Shown here in pieces: positions 12,201 to 23,179 of a stretch of 64,000 nucleotides of DNA. Within the stretch, counting starts at the first letter, position 1; each line of letters begins with the position of its first letter. The notes beneath the pieces are model-generated. The model was not told the DNA's origin. It did not search any database and was given only the letters and a program-made list of their open reading frames with translations. Position numbers and translations under genes: made by a program. The DNA is from Anthoceros angustus (taxonomy: Eukaryota; Plantae; Anthocerotophyta), in the NCBI GenBank assembly GCA_010909165.1, contig VJWM01000007.1, forward strand, positions 1-64,000. The letters are read 5' to 3'.

Positions 12201-14240
12201 CATGCGTGTATGGTGACCTCTTAGTGACTTCGAGGGACTTCATGGAGATATTCTGGATGATTTTTGTGCATGGGGGCGGACAAACACCTTGGACATCTAA
12301 GAAAGTGCTTGGGCCTGGGAGACTCAATTGAGCCTACACCGGAGAAATGCTACTTTGGAATACGGAGGGAATCTTGCTGGGACATGGTGTCGGTAGCGGG
12401 GAATCGAGGTGGACGGGACAAGGTCCGGGTCATCCGATCTCTCCGCCGGACGAACCTAAAGGAGGTGAGAGGTTTCACAGGAATGGTGGGATACTACCGC
12501 GGTTTATTAAGGACTTTGCGAAGAGGGCTAAGTTGAGAACTCTGCGGAAGGAGGAGGTTTGGACTGGTCTCGGGGAGGCGAGAGAGGCCTTTTGATTCTG
12601 AACACCTTGGTAAGCCGGTTCTAAGAGGACGGATGGAGCAAGAAATTTCATGTGTATGTAGGCGTCCGCTTTTGCTATCGGAGTAGTCTTGAGCGGAAGA
12701 CGACAAGCGAAGGGATTATCCGTATACTACGATGACTCACCCACGAACGAAATACACAACTACTGAGGCGCGAAGCCTGGGTATGGTATATCTTGTCGAA
12801 ATTCCCACTACACTGCGGTGAGTTTGTGTTCTATAGACCACTTCTTTGAAGCATCTGAATAAGGCGGACTGTCCGGCGGATAGCAAGGTGGATATTGTTG
12901 CTGCAGGAGTTCACGTTTGAAGTGGAAACAAGACAAAGGGCGACAATCACATTCTCACGATTGAAAACAGGTGTTGAGAGATCGGAAGATGCGTTCCGGA
13001 TGAGACATTGGTTGCGCGGTAAAAGTACAACCGGAGGAGCCCAGCCGAACCCCAAGCTACGAGGCGGCAGCGAGCGGAGAAGGGAGGGTCCGCGTCCGAC
13101 CCTCGAAGAAATGGAGCGGTACCTCGGGAATGGAGCTTCCGAAAATCGACTCGTGGACGGAGGCATTCGTGCACTATGCTCGACCCTTGAGAATGTACAA
13201 CGGTGTGTGTTCAAATTAGGGACGGAGTAGAGCGAAGGTACTTACCGGCGAGAGGAGGCGGTCGTCGGGAATGCACGAAGGATTGGGGGGAGGACACTAC
13301 GCAGCACAGGTCACCACCAAAAAGATTTTGGAAGCGGGATACTGGTGGCCAACAATGTATGGGGACACCCACCAGTTGGTGAAGAAGTGTGATGCGTGTC
13401 AGCGGATCGGGAAGCCGACTCCCACAACACAATGGCTGTTGGTGCCCATACTGGCACTAGCGCCTTTTGAGAAGTGGGGCATCGACTTCGTCGGACCTAT
13501 CGATAGCAATGAGGCACACACAAAAGCGGTACATTTTGGTGGCGGACTCACGGTGGGTAGAGGCGGTCGCGAGCGGACTCTGCAAACACGGTGGCCAAGT
13601 TCCTTTATGAGAACATCATCACGCGGTATGGGTGTCCGCTGCAGCTGGTGAGCGATAGGGGAACTCATTTCCTCAATGATGTGATCACCGCAATGACGGA
13701 CTATTTTGGCATCACACATGAAGATAGCCCTACAACCCAAGGCTAATGGGTTGTGAGAAGACCAATGGACTCATCTGCCGATCTCGAATAAACTTACGGT
13801 TAACTATGCACACGATCGATACCAAGTTGCCATCAAGATCTGGGCTTTGGGGGCGGAGAAGGTAACCACGCAACGAACTCCGTGACCTAACCTATGGGCA
13901 TTCGTTATGCGGTGGAGTTTGCGGTACCAACGCCACGGATTATGATGGAGGCCGGTTAGCGGATGAGAGAGCCAAGCGCGCTTGCTGGTTTGTCCAACAC
14001 ACGGAGGGTCGGGAAGAGGCACAACGGATGCAACATGCAGAATCAACGCGTGGCATGGCGCCTTGAATCAGTATGTGAAGGCGGAGATTTGGCCCTCCTT
14101 TATGATACGGCATATGCACTTTCCGGGCAAACTTCACTTGAGGTGGATGGGTCCTTACCGTGTGGTGCGGTGTCACCAAATGGGTCCGTTCAACTCAAGC
14201 GGTTGGATGGGGGTGAGCAGGTGGCGTGTAAGTACCATGC
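9260..14240 (+). pseudogene. gag-pol of the Athila-like element (many frameshifts)
   Basis: Gag LKDAFLERFRG; RT LPMPFVSDILDKV, DKTTFTT and I-L-D-D-F (~12250); RNase H LLQEFTFEV; integrase HEGLGGGHYAAQ...YWWPTMY...CDACQR and WGIDFVGP. Confidence 0.85.
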
Positions 14241-15542
14241 CTAGTGTTGGGCGTAGCAGATGAGAAGAAGGAGTATGTGGGCTACGGACTTCCCTTGGGG
14301 TTAGGAAATAAGTGGGGTTTTGTTTTTTGTAGGTTGGAATAGTAAAATAAGGCGGAAAAGGAGGAATAAGCACGGATGGCGCTTGGACGGGACTTGAGCA
14401 ACGGACCACTCGGAGTAACAAGCGGACCACTCCGGGTAAACACGGACCTGAGGTCCGGACCTCGGAGCCGGACCCACGAGTCCGGACCCGAGACAAGGTC
14501 GGACCTGGCCGGACTCGGAAATAAGCGGACTCACATGGGTGGGCGGTGCGAGACCTGCAAGCCGCGGTGGCAAAGTTCCTTTATGAGAACATCATCACGC
14601 GGTATGGGTGTCCTGCGGTGGTGAGCGATAGAGGACTCATTTCCTCAATGATGTGATCACTGCAATGACGGACTATTTTGGCATCACACATCGCAAGACA
14701 GCGCCCTACAACCCGAAGGCTAATGGGTTGATGGAGAAGACCAATGGACTCATCTGCCGTATCCTGAATAAACTTACGGTTAACTATGCACACGACTGGG
14801 ATACCAAGTTGCCATCAGCACTCTGGGCTTTCAGGACGGCAGAGAAGGTAACCACGCAACGAACTCCGTATTACCTAACCTATGGGCATTCGCCCGTTAT
14901 GCCGGTGGAGTTTGCGGTACCAACGCTCCGGATTATGATGGAGAGCCGGTTGATGAGGAGGAGAGCCTGAGCGCTTCTTGGGGTTTTGTCCAACACACGG
15001 AGGGTCGGGAAGAGGCACACAGCGGATGCAACTTGCAGAATCAACGCATGGCGTCAGCGCCGAATCGGGGGTATGTGAAGGCGGAGATTTGGCCCTCCTT
15101 TATGATGACGGCATATGCACTTTCCGGGCAAACTTCACTTGAGGTGGATGGGTCCTTACCGTGGTGCAGTATGCGCAAATGGGTCCGTTCAACTCGGCGT
15201 TGGATGGGGCTGCCGGGTGAGCAGGTGGCGTGTAAAGTACCATGCCTAGTGTTGGCGAGCAGATGAGAAGGGAGTATGTGGGCTACGGACTTCCCTTGGG
15301 GTTAGGAAATAAGTGGGGTTTTGTTTTTTGTAGGTTGGAATAGTAAAATAAGGCGGAAAAGGAGGAATAAGCACGGATGATGGCGCAGGACGGGACTTGG
15401 AGTAACCGGACCACTCCGGACTAAGCAACGGACCACTCCGGGAAACAGCGGACCACGAGGTCCGGACCTCGGAGGCCGGACCACGAGGTCAGGACCCGAG
15501 ACAAGGTCGGACCTGGCCGGACTCGGAAATAAGCGGACTCAC
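13542..15542 (+). repeat. ~1-kb tandem duplication of integrase core + PPT + first ~260 bp of LTR
   Basis: 13542-14524 is repeated at 14525-15532; extra partial LTR at 14276-14534; gcggactcac present at 13542, 14525 and 15533. Confidence 0.85.
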
Positions 15543-16456
15543 GAAGTTGAGTGACGAGACCAGGTCCGACTGCGGCGATGAGGAGCCCGCCGACTTACGC
15601 TAGAAGCGAATGGCCGGTGGCCCCACCGGAGGACGAGGCGAGGGGAGGATGGTCGTAGTAGCCGGCGGTTGTCGAGACCATGCCCGTGCAGCGAGTTAGG
15701 GAGAGGAGGGCCCGCCTCACGGATCATCCGATTGGGGCGCACAAGCTGTCGGACGGAGATTGGACCACCATCCGGCGGAACCGAGTCTTCTTGGCAGAGA
15801 TAGGGGAGGAAATAGGATGGTAAGGCGGCGATTAGGGCATCTTGAGCCATCGGCTCGAGAATAGGGGTGTAATAAAGGCCGGACCTTGGGCGTATTATAA
15901 GAGGCTGAGGCCTCTAGTAAAATATCTTTCTCTTGGTGTTGATGCGCGTTCTTGGACCCTTGGGCGTCTTCTTGCTAACACGGTCCCGAGTCACCGGCGC
16001 GACTCGATGATCAAGGTGGACTTAACGTGTGGTGGCGTGTGTGGGGAAGGACGGCCGAGGACCCTTGTTCGTCAGGCGGCGGTCAACGTCGGCCGGCCGG
16101 AGCGTGTGGCGGAGGTACCGGGAGGTGTCGCGAGCCGGGCGGAGGGCGGAGCAGCTAGGAGGTCTGACGTGCCACTTGCGTTCTTTTCCAAGGTTGATAA
16201 GTGTAGAGGCGATGGAGGCATTTGAAGAAGCGGTGTGAGCAGGCGGAGCAGGTCCTTAAGCGTTTGGCCACCGGGCTGTTCGGTGAGAGCGTTATAAATA
16301 GCTAGGTGTAAGCGAAGATTGAGTGTGTTAAGGTGAAGTGGACCCGAAGAAAGGTGAGAATCGGGCGGCGCCAGACTATCATTCTCTTGGAGCGGACTCC
16401 ATACCACAACGACACGGATTGTGGCGCCCGGTCATCATGTTGAAAGTCGCGCCACA
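15277..16456 (+). repeat. 3' LTR of the Athila-like element
   Basis: Preceded by purine tract agatgagaagggagta (15261-15276); ends gtcgcgccaca. Confidence 0.88.
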
Positions 16457-16459
16457 GGC

Positions 16460-17100
16460 AGCAGGTTAAGAAATGCTGCAGGCATTGCCATATCGCATGA
16501 AGGTGCAACAAAGCGGTGCACGGCCGCGAAGGCAACACTACACCCTCAAGGAAGTGTATGAGATGGGCGACAAGATAGGGCCGTGACACTTTCTCTCGTC
16601 TTTGTTGCAAGTGATTACTCCGGCACAAGTAGGAGTGGTGGACGACATGACCGCGGAGGTCAGTGGAGGAGCTCGGCGAGACAAGCCGCCCAAGTGGCGA
16701 GCCCTGCGTGAGGTGCCGAGGGGCGGACCATTCCCCTCATGAGTGCGAGCATGCATTCGGAGGAGTCAAGGGTGAGGAGCCATGCCCTAGGTGTGGAGAG
16801 TATGGGCACAATGAAGCGGCATGTTGGGAGAAGCATCCGATTGCGGCCTACGGGTTGTCGAGCGGCAACCCGGGCATCTGCGTCAACCTCATCCACAAAA
16901 TCGCGAAGAGCAAAGGCGCGTGGAGGAGGCCGCGAAGTCCGTGGACAAAAGCGGGAAGCATCAAAGAAGGCGATGGGACATTGGCACGCCTTGCAAAGCT
17001 GGAGAAGTTGGTGCGAAGGCGAAGATCAAGGAGCGGTTCATCATCGAGGACGAAGAAGATGAGCACAAGCTTGGATACATGGCGGTGACCGGATCAAGGG
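16460..17100 (+). pseudogene. gag C-terminal part of the outer element with two zinc knuckles
   Basis: CVRCRGADHSPHEC and CPRCGEYGHNEAAC (two C-X2-C-X4-H-X4-C motifs) in ORF 16663-17088. Confidence 0.85.
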
Positions 17101-17539
17101 CAGGGAAGAAACCTCTGCGCTACGAGAGAAGATAGCTCGGAGGAAGAAGAGGATGTCTTGACACACGGTCACGGAAGACACGGAAGGAAGCTTGGGATCC
17201 TCTTCCGAACCTATGCCAAGATGCCAAAGTCGTTTGAGCCATTGCCAGCAGCAAGCTGTGGGAGCAACATCAAAGTCAGTGGGCGATGTGGAGAAACCCA
17301 TGCAGATTCTTGTGAGCGATGGCACAAAAGCTTGGAGATGCCATGTTTCACCTACAAGACATGGGGTTGGCGTGAAGGAAGTCGGGGTTTGACTCGGCGG
17401 ATGTTGACAACCCTTGAAGGCGAAGCAAGTGTCCAATGTGCCACACGGTGCAATGATGTCATTCGACCTCAGCCAAGCATCTCGTGGAAGCGGAATCTTT
17501 GCAGTGGGAGTGGCTTTGGTCAACAATCGGGAGAGGCAC

Positions 17540-17760
17540 ATTGAAATCAATGGATTCGCACCAAGGAGGTGTTGATTGACACCGAGCACGGCCGGTGATC
17601 GTTGGAAGAAGAGTGAAGGAAGCGTTGGGTCTCCACCAAGAAAGGTTGAAGGAAACCAAGTGGAAGATCCGGACCTGGGACCACGGAGCATGTGTTGGGG
17701 TGACAAGGTACAAGCTGAAGGTTTCATTCAAACCAAGAACAGCAGACTTCACCTTTGTAC
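17540..17760 (+). pseudogene. Retroviral-type aspartic protease
   Basis: KEVLIDT(G)ARPVIVGRRVKEALGL, catalytic Asp codon at 17578-17580, with a 1-nt gap in the Gly codon. Confidence 0.75.
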
Positions 17761-18268
17761 CTTTGCTTGGTCATGCGGACATTTGATGTCTTCTTTGAGG
17801 CGGACGCTTTGTACAAACCAGTCATGGTGGATTTGTGGACGGAGACAGTCTACTATCGACCGGTGGAGAAGCTGGAGCAAAACCGATGAGCGGATTGCCC
17901 GCATCCCTCTGCTGCATGGCAAGGATCATGAGAACCTCATTGCCAGCGTCTACCCAGTGTTTGGCGCCGTGGTGAAGGACACGCCATACGTGCTTGAACC
18001 TCTTGGCGTGTGTCTAACAACCGCAATGACCCGGGATGGAGGATTTGACGAGGAGGAGGAAGACAAGCTAGGGTTGCAACCACCCTCGGAGGAGGTTCTT
18101 CAAGTCACCGACGGAGCTGGTGATGCGGCAATGAGCCGTGCAAAAGGCTGTGGAGGATGGTGCAAGAGGACCGTGTCCTATGAGGAGAACTAGTAAGTTC
18201 TTGCCTAGGGTTGAGCCTGTTTGTGACCTAAACACCCGGTCATCACATGGCGACCTCGGGAAGGCGGC

Positions 18269-19170
18269 ATAGTGCTCGTGGAACTCTTTGGAGGCATCGA
18301 TCGGCTTGGGCAGTGCTAAAGTGTGGCATCAAAGTGCGAAGATCGTGCATTGTGACCCGGATCCAAAAGCAAGGATTGTGTCACGAGCGCGTAAGAGACT
18401 TGATGGGGAGTACCTAACCTCCGGCGTGGGAGTCGGTGAAGGGTTACCAGGCGCCGATGGATGTTCGCATGATAGGGTTGTCCCATTTGAGTTGTCTTGG
18501 GCAACCGGTGGACCTTGTCATCGCAGTTGGGAGTGTCAAGGACTATCCTCTGCAGCAAGGGTCAAGGTCTCAAGGATCCACGAGCATTGTTCTATGACTG
18601 ATGAGGATCTTGCGCTTGATCCGAGAAAGGGCAAGAAAGGCCTTGTGGATACATGTTGGAGAATGTGCCCGGCATGCATGAGCGTGAAGAAGCAAGTTCG
18701 GAGGACTTTGCCACGATCCGAGGAGTGTTGGGTCGAGCTTCTATTGGATGCAACTCAATTTGGTTCGAGGGCTCATAGGTTGAGGTCCATGTGGACTAAC
18801 CTTGCTCCCTTGGAACATTTGAAGTGTGCGAGGTCGTTCAGCGACCTAATCATGTTGTCAAGGATGTGCTAGCATCGGAAGGCATGCCCAACAAGTCATC
18901 AAGGACAATGCCGCACTTCCCACGCTGGACACCCCATGGCGGCTTGGCCAACCTTTGTGTCTAAGTCCAAGTCTTACGCCTTGGAACCATGGCCCGTTGT
19001 GGTGGGAGGACATGGCGAGGCCTTGGGAGAGCCAACAGCCACAGAGAGGGAGTTGGCCATGGGATTTGCTGCCGGAGCCACGAAGACACCGGGAGTGACC
19101 GAGAAGGAACGGTGTCGATTGCTTGGGCAAGCATTTGACATGAACATGATGACCTGGTTGTTTAGCGCTG
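18269..19170 (+). pseudogene. DNMT3-like DNA (cytosine-5)-methyltransferase domain embedded in pol (frameshifted as assembled)
   Basis: Motif I IVLVELFGGI (18269-18298); II/III-like KCGIKV...IVHCDPDP; IV DLVIA(G)WECQGLS (Cys codon 18534-18536); VI GYMLENVP (ENV 18659-18667); VIII LDATQFGSRAHRLRSMWTNL (18744-18803); IX EPTATERELAMGF (19029-19067); X RCRLLGQAFDMNMMTWLF (19110-19163). All are in canonical order. Confidence 0.9.
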
Positions 19171-19399
19171 GAGTCGCTTACCAACTTCGAAACCAGAAGA
19201 AGGCGGGGTTGAAGCAGCGGGTTCGGTGGGTGAAGGACATTCCAGCACTCGCATCTCAACGGAGAAGGCGAGTTTGGAGGGCAAGGAGAGCGAGCACGTA
19301 GAGGCGTGCAAGCCATCGAGCCACAGCCACATGAGTGGTTAAGGCGTCGAGTTGAAGAGCAATCAGCGTCGGCTAAAGGAGTTGTTGGAGGCATCGCGA

Positions 19400-20600
19400 C
19401 ATGTGTTTGCTTTCACGCTTGCGGAGATGGGGAAGTACACCAAAGGGAAGTTCCACATAGAACGACCACGGATGAACCGGTGTTCAGAGGCACTCGGCAA
19501 GGTGAGTGGGATTTGGTTGAGAATCGATGCCAAGAGCTTCTCAAGCTAGGGCTGATTCGACGATCTAACTCGCGATGCAATGCGGCAGCTTCCGAAAAGA
19601 AGGATGAGAATGGATTGTGGACGGAGAGGAGAATGTGTGGTGACTATCGGCCGTTGAACGAGCGAATCCCACATGACCACTATCCCATGCCGAAGAGATC
19701 TTCGACACCATTGGGTCCGCCAAGTTCTTCTCAACATTGGACTTGAGGCTAGGGTTTCACCAAGTAGAGATCGCCAAGAAGACAAGAAGAAAACGGTTCG
19801 GGCGTAGATTGCTTGTACGAGTGGAATTACATGCCATTTGGGTTGAAGACATCGCCAACGCAGTTCAAAGGTACATGGACAATGAGCTCAAGGACTTGCA
19901 TTTCGCCAAGTGCTACATTGATGATGTCATCATCTTCAGCAATACCTTTGAGGAGCATCTACAACATCTTGATCTTTGCTAGGCTGCTTGTGGGTTGAAG
20001 GCCCATCCAGGAAGTGTCGATTTGGAGAGGATAAGGTGTTGTACTTGGGTCATTGGATCACGCTGGATCTCGCCGCATGCCACCAAGGTGGAGGCAATCG
20101 CGCATTCGCCAAACGACATCTCAAGTTGAGGGCATTCTTGGGTTTGGCGTTACTACGGAAGTTCATTCCGCGGATGAGCGGATTGCGCGCCATTGAATGA
20201 CTTGTTGAAGAAGTTGGTGACTTGGCGTTGGACTCAAGAGGAGGAGTCGCTTTCATGGAGTTGAAGGGTAGACTCATGAGCTCGCCAATTCTTGGTCATC
20301 CAAACTTGATGGCCGTTCGTACTTTACGATTGGAGCAAGTACGGGCATAGGCGATCTTGGCGATCAATGACAAGGAAGAGGAACATGTCATTGCCTATGC
20401 CGTCGGAGCAACAACCGGAGTCCAACTACTCGCCTATGAAGGAGAATGTCTTGCGGTGTGGGCGTCGGACACTTTCGTCCGTACTTGTTTGGACATCAAT
20501 TTTAATCACGACCATCAACCCTTGCATTGGTTGATGACGAACGCCAAGCTTACGGAAAGGCGGCGGTGGGCTCTCATTCTCCGAGTATGACTTTGTCATC
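19400..20600 (+). pseudogene. Reverse transcriptase and RNase H of the outer element
   Basis: RRMCGDYRPLN, DLRLGFHQ, YEWNYMPFGLKT, CYIDDVIIFSNTFEEHLQHL (YIDD 19914-19925); RNase H YEGECLA and DHQPLHWL. Confidence 0.9.
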
Positions 20601-20899
20601 GAACACCGAGCGGTAGAGTTCACTCTAATCGATGGGTTGTCAAGGAATCCTCTACCTCGTGAAGACACTACGGGGCGGGCAAGATTCGGATGACGAGCAA
20701 CCCGGGTGGGGGAGTAGTCCAGATACCATGTTGGCCATCGCATGAGGATCAAGACGCCCTCCACTCATCGCTTTGTATGCGAGTCCGTCAGGACATCGGG
20801 CGGATGCAATAGCGGTGACCTTCCTAAGGTCGGGAATTGCCACAAGGGCTTTCATCTCGAGCGGGCCAAGCTACGCGAGAAGGTGGCTCGGTACTATTG

Positions 20900-22182
20900 G
20901 AAGGAGGACATAATGTATGTCCGTGATTCTCGGGAGATAGAATTGTACCCAAGCCGGAGGACGGGTGAGACTCATCACCAGTGCATGAAGGCTTAGGGCA
21001 TTTTGGTGCTAAGCGCACCTACAGATGCTCGAGCCCACACACTTTTGGGCAAGGATGTATGGAGATGTGGAAAGGTCGAATGTAGAGTGTGCGATCGAGT
21101 GAAGGCAAGGTTCACACCAATGATGTTGTGCTTCACTCTCTGCCGATCCGAGGACTCTTCTACATTGGAGTGTGGATCTCATGCCGACATGCGAGACAGC
21201 GTCGAAACAAGCATGTCATGCTAATGGTGGAGCATTTCAAGTGGTGCGAGGTTGCCATCTTACCCAAGCGTGACTCTCGGCTTACCGATGGGCGTTCTTG
21301 GCTTCCGTTCTTAGTCGATATGGAGCATGTGCGAGGTTCTCACCGGGGCAAAGAATTCGTGGGGAATTTCAAGACTTGCTTGACAGAGCTTGATTGATCA
21401 TCGACGTCGTCGAGATCATCCTCAAGCCGATGGACTTCGAGCGCTTGGTGCAGACCTTCAAGCGGGCCTTGCGCAAATATTGTCTCACAAATGACCAAGA
21501 CATGGGATGAAGGGATGCCATACCTAGTGCTAGGTGCAGGTGAGCAATCAAGCACCTTGAGCAATTTTTCACCATACTACTTGTTGTATGGGCGACAACC
21601 ATTTTGCCAAACGTGAGGCAAGCAAGGCTACAAGCACCCGTGGATTGGCGCAATGCGGATGATTGCCTACGAGACACGGAAAGGCGGGCGAGCTTTTCAA
21701 CGGATCATGCCCATGGCAATGGAGAACCTTGCCATAGCGCAACACAGGGATCAACTGCGCTATGCTTACACACGAGGAGGGACATGGAAACCCAAGGTGC
21801 GCAAGTTCGAAGTTGGAGATTATGTCTACCTGCATCGGAAGCCAGGCAACACCTTGGAGGTATCCACCAGCAGAGTCATCTTGCGGTCGTGCGAGTAGGC
21901 AAAGATGGAGTGCTTGAGCTCGAAGGATCCGATGGCCGAAGATGGAAGGATCACCTCAAGAACTGCGCACCATGCCACTTACCCAATCTGGACCCTCAAC
22001 TACGGCCTACAATGTGGCGTCCACCCAAAGACTTGGAGTGTCAGGTTTGTGGACGTACTGATGATGATGATGTAATGCTTCTTTGTGATCGGTGCAATAG
22101 GGGATACCACATGTTTTGTGTTCAACCACCTCTTGACGACATTCCCGAGGAAGATTGGTTTTGTGCACAATGCACTACATGA
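20900..22182 (+). pseudogene. Integrase with C-terminal PHD finger
   Basis: HHCC zinc-finger remnants (CRVCDR), core MLMVEHFKWCE and DGLRALGA, C-terminal YAYTRGG...FEVGDYVYL; then in frame CQVCGRTDDDDVMLLCDRCNRGYHMFCVQPPLDDIPEEDWFCAQC (22039-22179), stop at 22180-22182. Confidence 0.9.
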
Positions 22183-22354
22183 GGTGCGTACGTATGTAGT
22201 CCTACTAATGATAATGTTTTGACTTGGAGTCTCACATTATCAGGGGGGATTGGTTTGCACCTATATATCTGCGTATTAGATTTGTTTGCTTGGTTGTTGG
22301 TCGAGGAAGTGCTTATATGAATTCAAGTGCTTACCTCGTTCATTATCATCTTAG

Positions 22355-22912
22355 TGTGATACTAATCTACGCACTTGGGTTTAGTGTTTGATTAGCATTA
22401 ATTAATCTAATTACTTATCTTTAAGTAAGTAATTAGTGTTAATTAATCTAAGTGCTTATGTTAATTAAGCGTTGATTAGTGTTAATTAATCTAATGTGCT
22501 TATGTTAATTAAGCATTGATTAGTGTTAATTAAACATGGTTAGCAATAGCTAAGTGGATAAGCTCAAGTAATATGCTTTGGCATATTCCTTGCATATTAT
22601 AGTGTATTCTTAGGATACAATAGCTAAGTGGATAAGCTCAAGTAATGCTTTGGCATATTTGCATATTATAGTGTATTCTTAGGATATTTCGGCATATCTT
22701 GACAATAGGATATCTTAGGAATATGCCGATGCGGTCTAGTATATATAGACCCTTCCATTGAGGACAAGCTCGGATCATAGCTTGTCCTCTAGATATCTCT
22801 GAGGCGTTGTGAGGAGGCCAAAGCTATGACTCAGGAGGCGATGTGTGAGGAATTTGCGTGTTGTTCTCGTGGGGAGTGTGTTTGTGCCACGGCGCTACTC
22901 TCTCTGTTGTTA
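22355..22912 (+). repeat. Putative 3' LTR of the outer gypsy element
   Basis: Direct repeat of 5850-6398; flanked on both sides by an 85-bp duplicated segment. Confidence 0.7.
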
Positions 22913-23179
22913 TTGGTTTGCACCTATATACTGCGTATTAGATTTGTTTGCTTGGTTGTTGGTCGAGGAAGTGCTTATATGAATTCAAATTGCTTACTGA
23001 TCGGCCGATGCAAGTGGTGCTATGAGGGAGAGTTAGAGGGCGCCTTGCTTGTTGAGGGGGCTAAGGTTGTGAGTGGGTGTAGGCAACGATTGATCTCTCA
23101 GAATTCGGCTGTCCACACAACTCTTATGAGATGAAACCCAACGTGCTAAGCGACAGTGGGATAAGTGTGGCCACTAGAG

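Larger units (their letters stand above)
7689..16456 (+). mobile_element. Athila-like (non-chromovirus Ty3/gypsy) LTR retrotransposon nested in gag
   Basis: Two ~1.2-kb TG...CA LTRs (tgtgggctac...gtcgcgccaca), tRNA-Asp-type PBS, PPT, and decayed gag/PR/RT/RH/INT. Confidence 0.9.
5850..22912 (+). mobile_element. Ty3/gypsy LTR retrotransposon encoding gag-PR-DNMT-RT-RNaseH-INT-PHD, interrupted by a nested Athila-like element
   Basis: ~550-bp direct repeats at both ends; gag with two CCHC knuckles, D-T-(G)-A protease, YIDD RT, RNase H and integrase in gypsy order; polypurine tract at 22242-22250. Confidence 0.85.

Noticed and set aside
7684-16461. Target-site duplication of the nested Athila-like element
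   Set aside because: Flanks atgag and ggcag match at only 2 of 5 positions; not claimed.
18269-19170. Host DNMT3/DRM gene or processed pseudogene
   Set aside because: No introns, PWWP, ADD or UBA domains; motif order is not permuted as in DRM; it sits contiguously between protease and RT.
22039-22182. PHD as an exon of an independent host gene
   Set aside because: In frame with the integrase tail, no splice acceptor needed, and followed directly by PPT and LTR.
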